64,000 bases of DNA from Lama glama (lineage: Eukaryota). Every line of letters begins with the position of its first letter. Position 1 is the stretch's first letter. Below, one piece after another: positions 63,749 through 64,000 of this stretch. The translations under genes and the position numbers were made by a program. The notes beneath the pieces are model-generated. The model had not been told where the DNA came from. It did no database searches and saw only the letters and a program-made list of their open reading frames with translations. The stretch lies in the NCBI GenBank assembly GCA_028534125.1, contig CM052818.1, positions 3,598,001 through 3,662,000 on the forward strand, read 5' to 3'.

Positions 63749-63915
63749 AAAAAAATTTTTTTTGGTTTTGGTGGGGGAGGTAACTAGGTTTTATTTATTT
63801 ATTCATTCATTCATTCATTCATTTAATTTTTAAACAGAGGTACTGGGCATTGAACCCAGGACTTCCTGTATGCCAAGCAGCAGCTCTGCCACTGAGCTAT
63901 ACTCTCCCCCGACCA
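63749..63915 (-). mobile_element. tRNA-derived SINE (Vic-1-like) in NFU1 intron 2
   Basis: Antisense A/B boxes; TSD TAAAGATAATT at 63738-63748 and 63916-63926. Confidence 0.87.
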
Positions 63916-64000
63916 TAAAGATAATTTAAAAATATTCCAGAAAGTAATTCACATAGATTCCCACTTCCATGATAGTATATAATGTCACTAACTCTATACC

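Overview
Mammalian genomic DNA, most likely camelid (alpaca/camel), judged from ten copies of a Vic-1-like tRNA-derived SINE. The + strand carries the 3' part of AAK1 (AP2-associated kinase 1): 12 coding exons from 2028 to 35294, probably exons 11-22, all with AG/GT boundaries and consistent phases. A ~16 kb 3'UTR follows, ending near 51.5 kb, then a ~7 kb repeat-rich spacer, then the CpG-island promoter and first two coding exons of NFU1. The main finding is a 1130-nt intact coding exon (44519-45648) inside the canonical AAK1 3'UTR. It has its own phase-1 splice acceptor, joins exon 21 in frame, and encodes a BMP2K/BIKE-like tail with repeated D-x-F-x-x-A-P-F motifs. With an intron read-through short form and several poly(A) signals, AAK1 appears able to switch between at least three C-termini. 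No prokaryote-type systems (CRISPR, operons) are present. Exon numbering, repeat family names and human comparisons come from memory, not from a search.
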